Virus record (IMG/VR): IMGVR_UViG_3300024308_000007
Span: 1-62,857 of that record
Strand: one strand, 5' to 3'
DNA: 62,857 nucleotides
Source of the DNA: a virus
Taxonomy: Duplodnaviria > Caudoviricetes
Below the pieces are notes generated by a model. That model saw only the letters and a list, made by a program, of their open reading frames with translations. It was not told where the DNA came from and ran no database searches. The translations under genes and the position numbers were made by a program. This document shows positions 45,143 through 54,310 of this stretch, in pieces; position 1 is the stretch's first letter, and every line of letters starts with the position of its first letter.

Positions 45143-46333
45143 ATGGCCACTACTTGCGTTAATGAGAAAAACAACCTTGTGTTAGGCCGTGGTCGACTCT
45201 TCTTCGACCGTCAGGATAGCAAAGGGAACCCAACTGGCGAGCGCTATCTCGGCAACACGCCGGAACTGAACGCCACGCAGGACGTAACCACGCTGGACCA
45301 CTTCTCGTCCGATTACGGCGTGAAGGAGATGGACGATCAGATGACGCTGCAGAACACCCGTTCCGGCAGCTTTATCACCGACAACATCTCGATCGAGAAC
45401 GTGGCCGCGTTCTTCGGTGGCCAGCAGCAGACCATCGTCAACACGCAGCAGACCGACGTGAAAGAAGTGCTGAACGCGAACAACCCGATTACGCGCGGCC
45501 GTTTCTATCAGCTTGGTCAGACGGTCGACGACCCGCAGGGCCTGGGTAACATCGACGCTGCGAACTTCGAACTGTATTACGCATCGGCTAACGCCTCCAT
45601 CGTGATCGGCTCCGGCGACCTGTCATCCGTTTCCGGCCTGACTCTGCTGCCTCCGGCGAACTACGAACTGGAAGCGGATACCGGCCGCGTGTACATCGAA
45701 CCCGATGCGCCTGACCTGGTAGCCTCGTCTAAGATTTACGCGCAGTACAACCGTAAAGCCGGTTCGACTGACATGTTCATCACCGCCGACGATTCCGTTC
45801 GCGGCGCGCTGCGCTTCATTTCGGACAACCCGAAAGGTCTGCAGATGAACTACTACTGGCCGGAAGTCAACCTGACGCCGAACGGTGACTACGCGCTGAA
45901 AGGCGACGACTGGCAGCAGCTTTCGTTCAACTTCGGTGTGCTGAAAAAAGACTGCAATACGCCGTCTCAGATCACCTACCGTCCGACGCCGGATCAGGGT
46001 AACGCAGGCACCGGCGCTACCGTGTCCACGCTGACGCTGAACCCGACTTCTATCGCCGGTGACAACACTGCGACGTCGACGGTTTCCGTGACCGTGCTGG
46101 ATGCCAATGGCCAGCCTGCCGCTAACCAGCAGGTATCGCTGTCCCGCGGCGCTCTGCCTGCCGGTGTTAGCTCGCTGACCCTGGCGCAGACCACCGTGAC
46201 CACCAACGCGTCTGGCGTGGCCTCCACCACCGCCAAGGCGGAGGCGACCGGCGCCGGTACCGTGCAGATCACCGCCACCGTTGTTTCCAGCGGCGCGACG
46301 AAGACCGCGAACCTGTCGGTCACCGCACCGTAA
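45143..46333 (+). CDS. major tail protein with C-terminal Ig-like (Big_1) domain
   Basis: LGRG.LFF, RYLGN, LRFISDNPKG, LTPNGDYALK; VTVLDANGQP...TTNASGVA Ig motif. Confidence 0.85.
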   Translation: MATTCVNEKNNLVLGRGRLFFDRQDSKGNPTGERYLGNTPELNATQDVTTLDHFSSDYGVKEMDDQMTLQNTRSGSFITDNISIENVAAFFGGQQQTIVNTQQTDVKEVLNANNPITRGRFYQLGQTVDDPQGLGNIDAANFELYYASANASIVIGSGDLSSVSGLTLLPPANYELEADTGRVYIEPDAPDLVASSKIYAQYNRKAGSTDMFITADDSVRGALRFISDNPKGLQMNYYWPEVNLTPNGDYALKGDDWQQLSFNFGVLKKDCNTPSQITYRPTPDQGNAGTGATVSTLTLNPTSIAGDNTATSTVSVTVLDANGQPAANQQVSLSRGALPAGVSSLTLAQTTVTTNASGVASTTAKAEATGAGTVQITATVVSSGATKTANLSVTAP

Positions 46334-46352
46334 GACGAAAAGCAAAATATTC

Positions 46353-46381
46353 AAAGGCCGGACTAACCCCCGGCCTTTTTT
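46353..46381 (+). terminator. intrinsic terminator
   Basis: AAAGGCCGG...CCGGCCTTTTTT. Confidence 0.75.
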
Positions 46382-46423
46382 ATTTGCTAGATTAGCGGTG
46401 TCAATTACCTGGAGACTACAACA

Positions 46424-46906
46424 ATGCCAATTCGTGCTTATCAAGTACCTCGCCGCGAAATTACCGACGCCGAAGGGGAAGTGCTGGCCGACGTCCGCGG
46501 CCTCGCGTTTTACGACCTGAACCTTCTGGTCAGCCTGCATTTTGACAGCCTGGATAAACTGCTGTCCGTGTGGGAACACTATCAGGACGTTTCGAAGCGA
46601 AAAGATCCTGGCGCCATGATGACCGACGCGGACTTCGCGGCTTTCCTGGCCGACATCTGCGCCAGCGCTCCGGCAATCATGGCTGACGTCATCGCCCTTG
46701 CTGCCGACGAGGTCGACGAAAACGGTATGCCGTCGACGGCCGCACTGGCAAGCATTCGCCGCTGGCCGATGCACGCTCAATGCCGCGCCCTTGGCCACAT
46801 CTATGGACTGTCGGTTGCCGACTTCGGCGGGCCGGTAAAGCTGATCGGAGCGCTGATTCAGCAGGTGAGGCAAGCGGCTCCGGCGATGGGGATGATTCAG
46901 GCGTAA
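46424..46906 (+). CDS. tail assembly chaperone (gpG-like)
   Basis: Between major tail and tape measure genes. Confidence 0.75.
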   Translation: MPIRAYQVPRREITDAEGEVLADVRGLAFYDLNLLVSLHFDSLDKLLSVWEHYQDVSKRKDPGAMMTDADFAAFLADICASAPAIMADVIALAADEVDENGMPSTAALASIRRWPMHAQCRALGHIYGLSVADFGGPVKLIGALIQQVRQAAPAMGMIQA

Positions 46907-47169
46907 CGCCGGACGAGCGCCACGAAGCGGAGATCTGGTTTTCGAACCTTCGGGCGCACGTCACATACCTGCAAATGAACAATATCCCCGACCCTGACAG
47001 ATTGCCGATCGGCAAGTTACTCAATACCTCCGAACTCGTTCGGCAGATGAATAACCGCAGACTGGCCAGTGAAGGGATCGTGCTGCAAGCCGCTGCGTCG
47101 AGTATCATGACTAAAGAGGGCGGCAAATTTTTCCAGAAGGTTATTAAGGGGCTTATGAGCAATGGCTGA
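46834..47169 (+). CDS. tail assembly chaperone extension (gpT-like, -1 frame)
   Basis: Open -1 frame overlapping the 3' end of G; candidate slip site GGTAAAG. Confidence 0.6.
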   Translation, partial: GKADRSADSAGEASGSGDGDDSGVTPDERHEAEIWFSNLRAHVTYLQMNNIPDPDRLPIGKLLNTSELVRQMNNRRLASEGIVLQAAASSIMTKEGGKFFQKVIKGLMSNG

Positions 47170-50100
47170 TAAAGACATCACGCTACGAATCCGCGCCAAG
47201 GATACGTCGAAGCAAACATTCGATCAGTTAACCAGAACCATGGAACGTCTGTCCAAGGCGATGGAAGAACAACGCGACGCGGCGAAGAAAGGCGACGCTT
47301 CGGTGCGTGATCTCGAAAACAGCTATTCAGACCTTGAGAAAGTGGCCAAGGCGATGCTGCGACAGGTCGCCGACGTCAAAGCCTATGAGAACCAGGCCCG
47401 CGCACTGGATGAAGCCCGCAAACGTGCGATTGAAGCCGCGCGCGCGCAGACGGCATATGCGGCCAAGCTGGCGCAACAGGACAAGGTTCTCAAGAAGGAA
47501 GAGAAGGAACTCGCCCGCCTGACGTCCGCCCGCGAGCGCGAAGAACGTGCCGTGCAGAAGCAGACCGACACCCTGACGAAACTGGGTCAGCGCCTTGCTG
47601 GCTACGGCATCGCGGCCAACCAGACGACGCAGGCTACCAAGCGCATCGAAACGGCCATGAACACCCTGAACGGGGAACTGGCCAAGCAGGACGCGGCTAT
47701 CGAAAACAACGCGCTTCACATGAAGCAGTTGAAAGCCGCTCAGGATGCGGCAGCGGCGCAGGCACTGGCCGAAAGTCTGCGTCGTCAGCAGGAAGCGCTG
47801 CGCCAACTGGCGGCCGAGCAGCGGGCAGCGGCAAACGGCTGGAACAGTACCGCGGCATCTATGCGCGCCATGGGTACCGCGGCTGTCTCGCTGGCGCAGC
47901 AAATCCGGAACATCACCGACCCGACCCGCAACGGCGCGAAGACCCTCGACGGTCTGAATCAGGCCGTGGACAGGGTGCGGGCGAGCTTGGCCAACACGAA
48001 GAAACCAATCTCCGACTTCGCCGGTAAAATCCGCGAGTTGAAGAACGCCCGCGAAACGGTAACCGCGCTGGCGCAGATGGTCGACCAGTTCAGGACGCAG
48101 ACGCAGGAACTGGCGCGTCTCCGCACGGCGTACACTGCAGCGCGCGCTGACGTCATCCGGCTTACTCAGGCGCTGACGCAGACCGGTGCGGACACGACGG
48201 CCATTAGCCAGAAACTTCGTCAGGCGCAGCAGACTCTGGCGCAACTGTCCGGCGAGTTCAAACGCACGTCGCAGTCTGCCCGCGAGATCCAGCAGCAGTT
48301 ACGCGCTGCCGGTATTGACACGCGCAACCTGACCGAAGCCGAACAGCGCCTTATCGCGGCCGCCCGTAACACCACCACCGCGCAGAACCAGTTGACCGAA
48401 GCATACCGCCGTAACGGCGCTGCAGCGGACGATGCCGGTAAGCGCACCAAGGGTAACTACGACCAGCAGAAAACCGCGCTGTCGTGGGCGCAGCGCCTCC
48501 GTGGCGAACTCCTGTCACTGGCCGCTGCCTACGGCGGGGTGTTCGGTGCCATCAACCTGGCGAACTCGGCGGTGGACGCCGCGATTACCCGTCAGCAGAC
48601 GATGTCGGCGATTGCCGTGGTGGTCGGTAAAGACCAGAAAGCGCAGGCGCAAGAGTGGGAGTACGTGAATCAGGTGGCCGACTACTTCGGCTCCAACCTG
48701 GAAAGCATGGCCAAGTCCTACGGCAAGTTCTCGGCGGCAGCGAAGGGCAGCGGCCTCGGCCAGAAAGAGTCGAAAGAGCTGTTCGAAAACGTCACCTCGA
48801 TCGGTACCGCCTACGGCAAGACCGCCGACCAGATGAACCTGGTGTTCCTCGCCATTGAACAGATGCTGTCGAAGGGGAATATCTCGGCGGAAGAATTTAA
48901 GCAGCAGTTCGGTGAACAGATCCCAGGCGCGTTTGCCGCCGGTGCCAAGGCGCTCGGTCTGACCGAACAGGAATTCCGCAAATACATGGAAAGCGCGTCC
49001 CTCGGTTCGGATGCGGTCATCTCCATCATGCGCGACCTGGCGAAAGAAACCACGGACGCGACGGAGCAGATGCGTACCGGTATCGTGGCGCAGCGAAACG
49101 CGCTGGATAACGCGAAGTTCCGCTTCAACCTGGCGCTGGCCGACTCCGGTTTCCTGGAGGCGTATCGCAAGCTGATTACCTCGCTGACGCAGCTACTGGA
49201 AAGCAACGAAGGGAAGCAACTGGCCGAAGACCTCGGCGCGGCGTTTTCCAGCGTGGCCAGCGCGGCGCAGTTCCTTGTCGAGAACCTTGATCTGGTGAAG
49301 TGGGCTATCGCCAATATCGCGTTCGTCAAAGGGGCGCAGATGGCGTTCTCGTTCGGCCAGTCGCTGAAAGAGATCGCAGACATCGCCACCAGCACGAACA
49401 CGGCCATGCGAAAAATCCAAGCGTTCCTGCTGATCTTCGCCCGCGGCCTCGGCACGGCGACGGTGGCCACGCGCGGCCTGTCTATCGCCATGAAACTGCT
49501 GGCGCGCTCAATCCCTATCCTCGGCGCTATCCTGATTGCGCTGGACATCGGGAAGGTGCTTTACGACCAGTCGGAAACCGTGCGGAACATCGTTGACGGC
49601 ATGATTAAGTACGTCGTGGTGTCGTTCAACTACATCAAAGGCGTCATCTCCGGCAACTACAAAGAGTTCGACCAGCTTAAACGCGAATACGAAGAAAAGA
49701 ACTCGCCTATTCCGTCTAACGTGAAAGCGCAGGCGGACCAGCTTAAAAAGGACATGGATGCGGTATCCGGCTTCCGACGTTCGCAGACGGAAACCGCGTT
49801 TGACCGTGCGGCCGCGGACGAGAAGAACTTCAACAAGAAACTGGACACCCTGCGCGATAACCTGGCGAAGCAGTCTATCAGCCAGCAGAAACGAGTGGCC
49901 AAAGACGACCTGAACACCCGTATCGCACTGGTGCGCCAGACCTACGCCGCGCAGTTGAAAGAGGCGGAGAAGTACGGCGGGGAGACGCTTAAACGCACCA
50001 AGGCGCTAATCGAACAGGCGGTGGCCAACGAGCGCGAGGCGTACAAAGCCGACCACATGAGAAGCGGGGATGGTGGTGCCAATAAGCGCGCCAACCTCGT

Positions 50101-51289
50101 TCAGTCGACGATGACGGATCTGGAGCAGGCAGAAAGCCGTGGCCAGAAGAAAGCCGTCTATGGCGACCCGACGTCCAGCTATGGCGAGCGAGAGGCAGCA
50201 GCGGTTAAAGCGGCCAACGACCAGTACAAGGATCTGGAAAACCGCATTAAGAAAATCGCGGAATTCGATAAGACCGGCGCCGATGCCATGCAGAAGCGCC
50301 TGGACATCCTGAAACAGACCACCACGGAAGCGGTGAAGCAGCAGACGGCCGCGCAGGAACTGACGCGCCTGCAGGGCAAGATCGATTCGAACAGCAAAGC
50401 GCGTAAGGATCAGGAAGCGCTGATCAACGCGCAGGCGGATGCCGGACTTATCACGGAATCCGAGCAGGTCAAAAGGCTGAACGACCTGTATGACGAGTCC
50501 AAGGTCAAGATCCTGGAGAACATCAAGGCGTTGCGAAATTTCGCTATTGAGAAGCAAGCGGCAATGGACCCCGAAGCCTTCGACGCGCTGATGGTTAACC
50601 TGGATACCATGCAGGTGAAGATCGAGAACTCGCAGCGCGCGGTGGAGAAGTTTTACACCCAACTGGTCAGCGGCCTGCTTAACGGACTGGACGTAGCGTT
50701 CGATTCCGTCGTGGACAACCTGACAGAAGTGTACCAGGGAACAAAAAACTGGCAGGAAGCAGTGGTGGCGCTAGGCGTAACAATGGCGCAGTTCTTCGCG
50801 GACCTGATGAAAGATCTGGCCATGGCCATCCTGAAAACGATGATCCTGAAAGCGCTGCAGACATTTTCCGGAGAAGGCGGCGTCATGGGGTCTATCGGAG
50901 ACGCCGCCGGTTCCTTACTGGGCGGCCAGAACCACACTGGCGGTATTGCTGGTGGCGGCGGTGGCCATAAACGTGCGCTGCCTGCCGGTGCATTCGCCGC
51001 GGCGCCACGCTACCACACTGGCGGTATTGCGGGCAGCGCGCCTAACTCCGGCCTGCGCCCGAACGAGGTGCCGAGCGTCCTGGAGAAAGGGGAAGAGGTG
51101 TTGACACGCGACGACCCTCGCCACATCCTGAACGGCGGCGGCAATAATGGGCCGAGCAGTATCCGCCTGATTGCCGTTGACGACCAGCGCGCCGCTACCG
51201 CCGAGGCGCTGAAAACGCCGGAAGGGCAGCAGGCGATGATTGTGGCCATGCGCCAGCAACTGCCGACGATTAAGAAGATGGTGAAATAA
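47162..51289 (+). CDS. tape measure protein
   Basis: 1375 aa, Ala-rich helical; QMLSKGNISAEEFKQQFGEQIPGAF motif. Confidence 0.93.
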   Translation: MADKDITLRIRAKDTSKQTFDQLTRTMERLSKAMEEQRDAAKKGDASVRDLENSYSDLEKVAKAMLRQVADVKAYENQARALDEARKRAIEAARAQTAYAAKLAQQDKVLKKEEKELARLTSAREREERAVQKQTDTLTKLGQRLAGYGIAANQTTQATKRIETAMNTLNGELAKQDAAIENNALHMKQLKAAQDAAAAQALAESLRRQQEALRQLAAEQRAAANGWNSTAASMRAMGTAAVSLAQQIRNITDPTRNGAKTLDGLNQAVDRVRASLANTKKPISDFAGKIRELKNARETVTALAQMVDQFRTQTQELARLRTAYTAARADVIRLTQALTQTGADTTAISQKLRQAQQTLAQLSGEFKRTSQSAREIQQQLRAAGIDTRNLTEAEQRLIAAARNTTTAQNQLTEAYRRNGAAADDAGKRTKGNYDQQKTALSWAQRLRGELLSLAAAYGGVFGAINLANSAVDAAITRQQTMSAIAVVVGKDQKAQAQEWEYVNQVADYFGSNLESMAKSYGKFSAAAKGSGLGQKESKELFENVTSIGTAYGKTADQMNLVFLAIEQMLSKGNISAEEFKQQFGEQIPGAFAAGAKALGLTEQEFRKYMESASLGSDAVISIMRDLAKETTDATEQMRTGIVAQRNALDNAKFRFNLALADSGFLEAYRKLITSLTQLLESNEGKQLAEDLGAAFSSVASAAQFLVENLDLVKWAIANIAFVKGAQMAFSFGQSLKEIADIATSTNTAMRKIQAFLLIFARGLGTATVATRGLSIAMKLLARSIPILGAILIALDIGKVLYDQSETVRNIVDGMIKYVVVSFNYIKGVISGNYKEFDQLKREYEEKNSPIPSNVKAQADQLKKDMDAVSGFRRSQTETAFDRAAADEKNFNKKLDTLRDNLAKQSISQQKRVAKDDLNTRIALVRQTYAAQLKEAEKYGGETLKRTKALIEQAVANEREAYKADHMRSGDGGANKRANLVQSTMTDLEQAESRGQKKAVYGDPTSSYGEREAAAVKAANDQYKDLENRIKKIAEFDKTGADAMQKRLDILKQTTTEAVKQQTAAQELTRLQGKIDSNSKARKDQEALINAQADAGLITESEQVKRLNDLYDESKVKILENIKALRNFAIEKQAAMDPEAFDALMVNLDTMQVKIENSQRAVEKFYTQLVSGLLNGLDVAFDSVVDNLTEVYQGTKNWQEAVVALGVTMAQFFADLMKDLAMAILKTMILKALQTFSGEGGVMGSIGDAAGSLLGGQNHTGGIAGGGGGHKRALPAGAFAAAPRYHTGGIAGSAPNSGLRPNEVPSVLEKGEEVLTRDDPRHILNGGGNNGPSSIRLIAVDDQRAATAEALKTPEGQQAMIVAMRQQLPTIKKMVK

Positions 51290-52995
51290 TGGCTGACGGA
51301 ATTGTTAAGGGGACGCGCGACGCGAACAGTGTCGTGAAGACGATGTCTCAGACGATGAACAATGCCTGGCTGCTGTACGTCCAGGACGAGTTCGGTAAGG
51401 CGGCGGCGAACACGCTGTACCGCCTGTCGAAGTGGACATATTTTCAGGGCGGCGTGTACACGGTGCAGATGGCCGGAGACGACAAGGTCGAGATGTTCGT
51501 CGACTCGTCGAAGGTCGGGGAATCGACCTACCCGAACGTGGCCACCTACGAATACGTGACCATCGATCAGGGGTGGCACCGCGTCGACGTCTCATACACC
51601 AACGTCCCCGCGAACACCCCGTCTTACGCCGGATGGGCTTTCTACCGCGATGGCAACGTCGTGGCGGAAATCATCTCGGAGCCGGGAGACACGAAAGGTA
51701 ACGATTCGGAATGGCCGGACATCGGCGCGCAACCGGCGGGGAATGGTAGCAACATTCTCGGCCTGCCGGTATTCCTGCCGGAACCGAACTGGGGCGACGG
51801 CATCACCGAATCGTGGGCGTGGCTGACGACGATCAACACGTCGGAAACAGGTGCCGAGCAGCGCCGCAAAATCCGTCGTTTCCCGCGCCGGTACGTGGAA
51901 GCGCAGTTCCGCGGATTGAAGGGTAAGCGCCGCGCGATTGACATGGCCATCACCGGCCTCGGCCGCGACCAGTGTCTGGTCCCGTTGTGGTTCGACAGCC
52001 AGTTCATCAAGTGGAACCTGACCGAGAAGGAAACCGTCATCCACGGCGACTTCGAACACCGCAACTATTACGCGGGGTGCGTGGCCATTCTGCGCAACCT
52101 GGACAGGGACAAGATTTTCGATTACGAACTGGTGCCGGTGCTGGAGGTGCATAACGACCGCATTGTGCTGGCCACCGGCCTGAAAAAAGACTGGTCGAAC
52201 TTTCGCCTGTTCCCCTGCCGCGTGTCCGTTATCGACGATGCCGTGCAGGCGCAGAACTACACGAACGCCGCGGCGGACTTTCAGGTGCGCTTCCGCATCG
52301 TCACGGCTGAGACGTTTATCCAGCCGTCCTGGTCATACGACGGCACCGTGTGGCCGCGTAACCCGCGCGACAACCTGCCGCTGATCAACAAGCGCCCGAA
52401 CTGGCGGGAGGACATCACTCACTCGTTCGACCGCGTCGTCTACTGGACGGACAACGAAACCGGCATCCCGTTTGTCATGGACGCTGGAAACCAGGAGACG
52501 CAGGACTGGTCGCTGCCGTGGCTCATGAAGGGCAAGAAGCAGAAGTTCACCTTCCTGCAGATGCTGTTCGCCATGGAAGGGCAGACGCAGCCGTTCTACG
52601 CCCCGAACTGGACGGAAGACTTCACCATCGTGAAAGACATCAATCCGGCCGACGGGTACATCGCGGTGGAGCAGACCGGATATTCGTATTATTCGGCGCT
52701 GATTCAGGAAATCCGGCGCGGTCTGTACATCGAAAAGCGTGATGGAACGATCATCACTGGCCGCATCGTGAGTACGCGCGCCGAGAATGGCATCGAATAT
52801 CTCTACCTCGACCAGACTATCGGGGCTATCGCCAAAGAAGACATTAGGGTGATATGCTTCATGCCATACTGCCGGTTAGGCTCGGACTCCGTGGAAATTA
52901 CGCACCACGCAGACCTGACCGGACCGGCGGAATGTGTGCTGGCGCTGCACGGATTCATCGAACGAAGAGACGGAGCGCCAGCCATTTTCCCATAA
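51289..52995 (+). CDS. distal tail protein with N-terminal PA14-like domain
   Basis: PNW...ITE..AWLT.I.TS.TGAEQR; N-terminal GDD..EMFVD...GWHRVDVSY.N. Confidence 0.65.
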   Translation: MADGIVKGTRDANSVVKTMSQTMNNAWLLYVQDEFGKAAANTLYRLSKWTYFQGGVYTVQMAGDDKVEMFVDSSKVGESTYPNVATYEYVTIDQGWHRVDVSYTNVPANTPSYAGWAFYRDGNVVAEIISEPGDTKGNDSEWPDIGAQPAGNGSNILGLPVFLPEPNWGDGITESWAWLTTINTSETGAEQRRKIRRFPRRYVEAQFRGLKGKRRAIDMAITGLGRDQCLVPLWFDSQFIKWNLTEKETVIHGDFEHRNYYAGCVAILRNLDRDKIFDYELVPVLEVHNDRIVLATGLKKDWSNFRLFPCRVSVIDDAVQAQNYTNAAADFQVRFRIVTAETFIQPSWSYDGTVWPRNPRDNLPLINKRPNWREDITHSFDRVVYWTDNETGIPFVMDAGNQETQDWSLPWLMKGKKQKFTFLQMLFAMEGQTQPFYAPNWTEDFTIVKDINPADGYIAVEQTGYSYYSALIQEIRRGLYIEKRDGTIITGRIVSTRAENGIEYLYLDQTIGAIAKEDIRVICFMPYCRLGSDSVEITHHADLTGPAECVLALHGFIERRDGAPAIFP

Positions 52996-53006
52996 GGAGA
53001 TAGGCT

Positions 53007-53831
53007 ATGGCGTACAACGAGTACGAGGCGTCGACGTTTAGTGGGCGCCCCGTTCACCTTTATGAATTCACCATTGACACGAAAGCGTGGTATGTGACCT
53101 CCGCGGATAGCGATATTTCCGCTGGCGGCCGCCTGTATAAAACGCTCGGTATCAGCGACGACGGTGTCAACCAGACCGGCGAGGCGCAGACCGACACCTT
53201 CACGCTACGGGTGCCAATCACGTTTGATCTGGTGTCCCTCTACGTCAACACCCCGCCCATCAACGACGTCATGGTTAAGCGGGCGCGCATCCACGAAAAC
53301 GATAATGAACTGGCGTACAACTACGTCGGCTTCATCATTAACGTGAACTTCACCACTCCCGGCGTCGCGGAAATAACCTGCCAGACCCTTGGACCAACCA
53401 TGCAGCGCAACGGGCTTCGCCTGACGTGGCAGCGCGGGTGTCCATACGTTCTCTACGATCCGGCCACCTGCAAAGTCGACAAGAACGCTCACCGGCTGAC
53501 GACCTACGTGACCAATGCGCAGGGCGGCGCCGTCACCGTGGCAGCGGACGTCGCGGCTTTCGGCGACAACTACTTCACGGCCGGATTCGTTGAGTGGGTA
53601 GACCGCCGGACAGGTGGCCCGAACCGTCGCGGCATCAAATCGCAGATTGGTAACACCATCACGCTGTTAGGCCGAAGCGATGGCATTGCCAACGGCGATC
53701 CGATATTCATTTACCCAGGCTGTCAGCGCGTCGCGCAGGTGTGCAGCAGCAAGTTTAACAACATGGCCAACTATGGCGGGGAACCGCACATTCCTGGCAA
53801 GTCGCCGTTCTCCGGCGATCCGGTATTTTAA
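53007..53831 (+). CDS. tail tip/hub protein (DUF2163/BR0599, gpL-like)
   Basis: C.YVLYD...C, PGC......C..KFNN..NYGG.P.IP. Confidence 0.8.
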   Translation: MAYNEYEASTFSGRPVHLYEFTIDTKAWYVTSADSDISAGGRLYKTLGISDDGVNQTGEAQTDTFTLRVPITFDLVSLYVNTPPINDVMVKRARIHENDNELAYNYVGFIINVNFTTPGVAEITCQTLGPTMQRNGLRLTWQRGCPYVLYDPATCKVDKNAHRLTTYVTNAQGGAVTVAADVAAFGDNYFTAGFVEWVDRRTGGPNRRGIKSQIGNTITLLGRSDGIANGDPIFIYPGCQRVAQVCSSKFNNMANYGGEPHIPGKSPFSGDPVF

Positions 53832-53840
53832 GGGGGCTTT

Positions 53841-54083
53841 ATGGAACCGATGACATGGGCGATGCTGATTATGATGGTGGCCAGTATGGTGCTGTCTATC
53901 GTGCTGGCGCCCAAGGCCAAGCAGCCGCAGCCGGGCACCTATGACGACATGAACATTCCGCAGATTGACGAGGGGACGCCGCAGTCGGTCATCTTCGGCG
54001 AAGTGTGGATCTCGGACTGGTTCGTGTTGGCCACCGGCAATTTCCGCACGAAGAAAGTTAAAGCGAAAAACGCGAAGAAATAA
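53841..54083 (+). CDS. small tail assembly protein
   Basis: N-terminal hydrophobic helix; PQ.DEGTP..VIFG. Confidence 0.7.
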   Translation: MEPMTWAMLIMMVASMVLSIVLAPKAKQPQPGTYDDMNIPQIDEGTPQSVIFGEVWISDWFVLATGNFRTKKVKAKNAKK

Positions 54084-54094
54084 GGGGGAACATT

Positions 54095-54310
54095 ATGATC
54101 ATCACTGTCGAACACATCCGCGCTGCCCGCCTCTGTGGCCGTGGCCTGGTGAACCGCATGAAACGCGTCGGGATGACTGACCAAGAGATCATGTACGCTC
54201 TGCAGAACGGGATGCCAGAAGAACAAGTCCGTTCCTACGGCGACGCGCAGATGAATGCCGTCATTGAACTGGCGCACCGAATGGAAGCGGAGAAGAAAGC
54301 CAATGGGTAA
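54095..54310 (+). CDS. small tail assembly protein
   Basis: IITVEHIRA..LC.RG; conserved position. Confidence 0.65.
   Translation: MIITVEHIRAARLCGRGLVNRMKRVGMTDQEIMYALQNGMPEEQVRSYGDAQMNAVIELAHRMEAEKKANG

Noticed and set aside
50931-51030. 19-nt direct repeat in the tape measure 3' end
   Set aside because: It encodes the repeated HTGGIAG motif typical of tape measure C-termini
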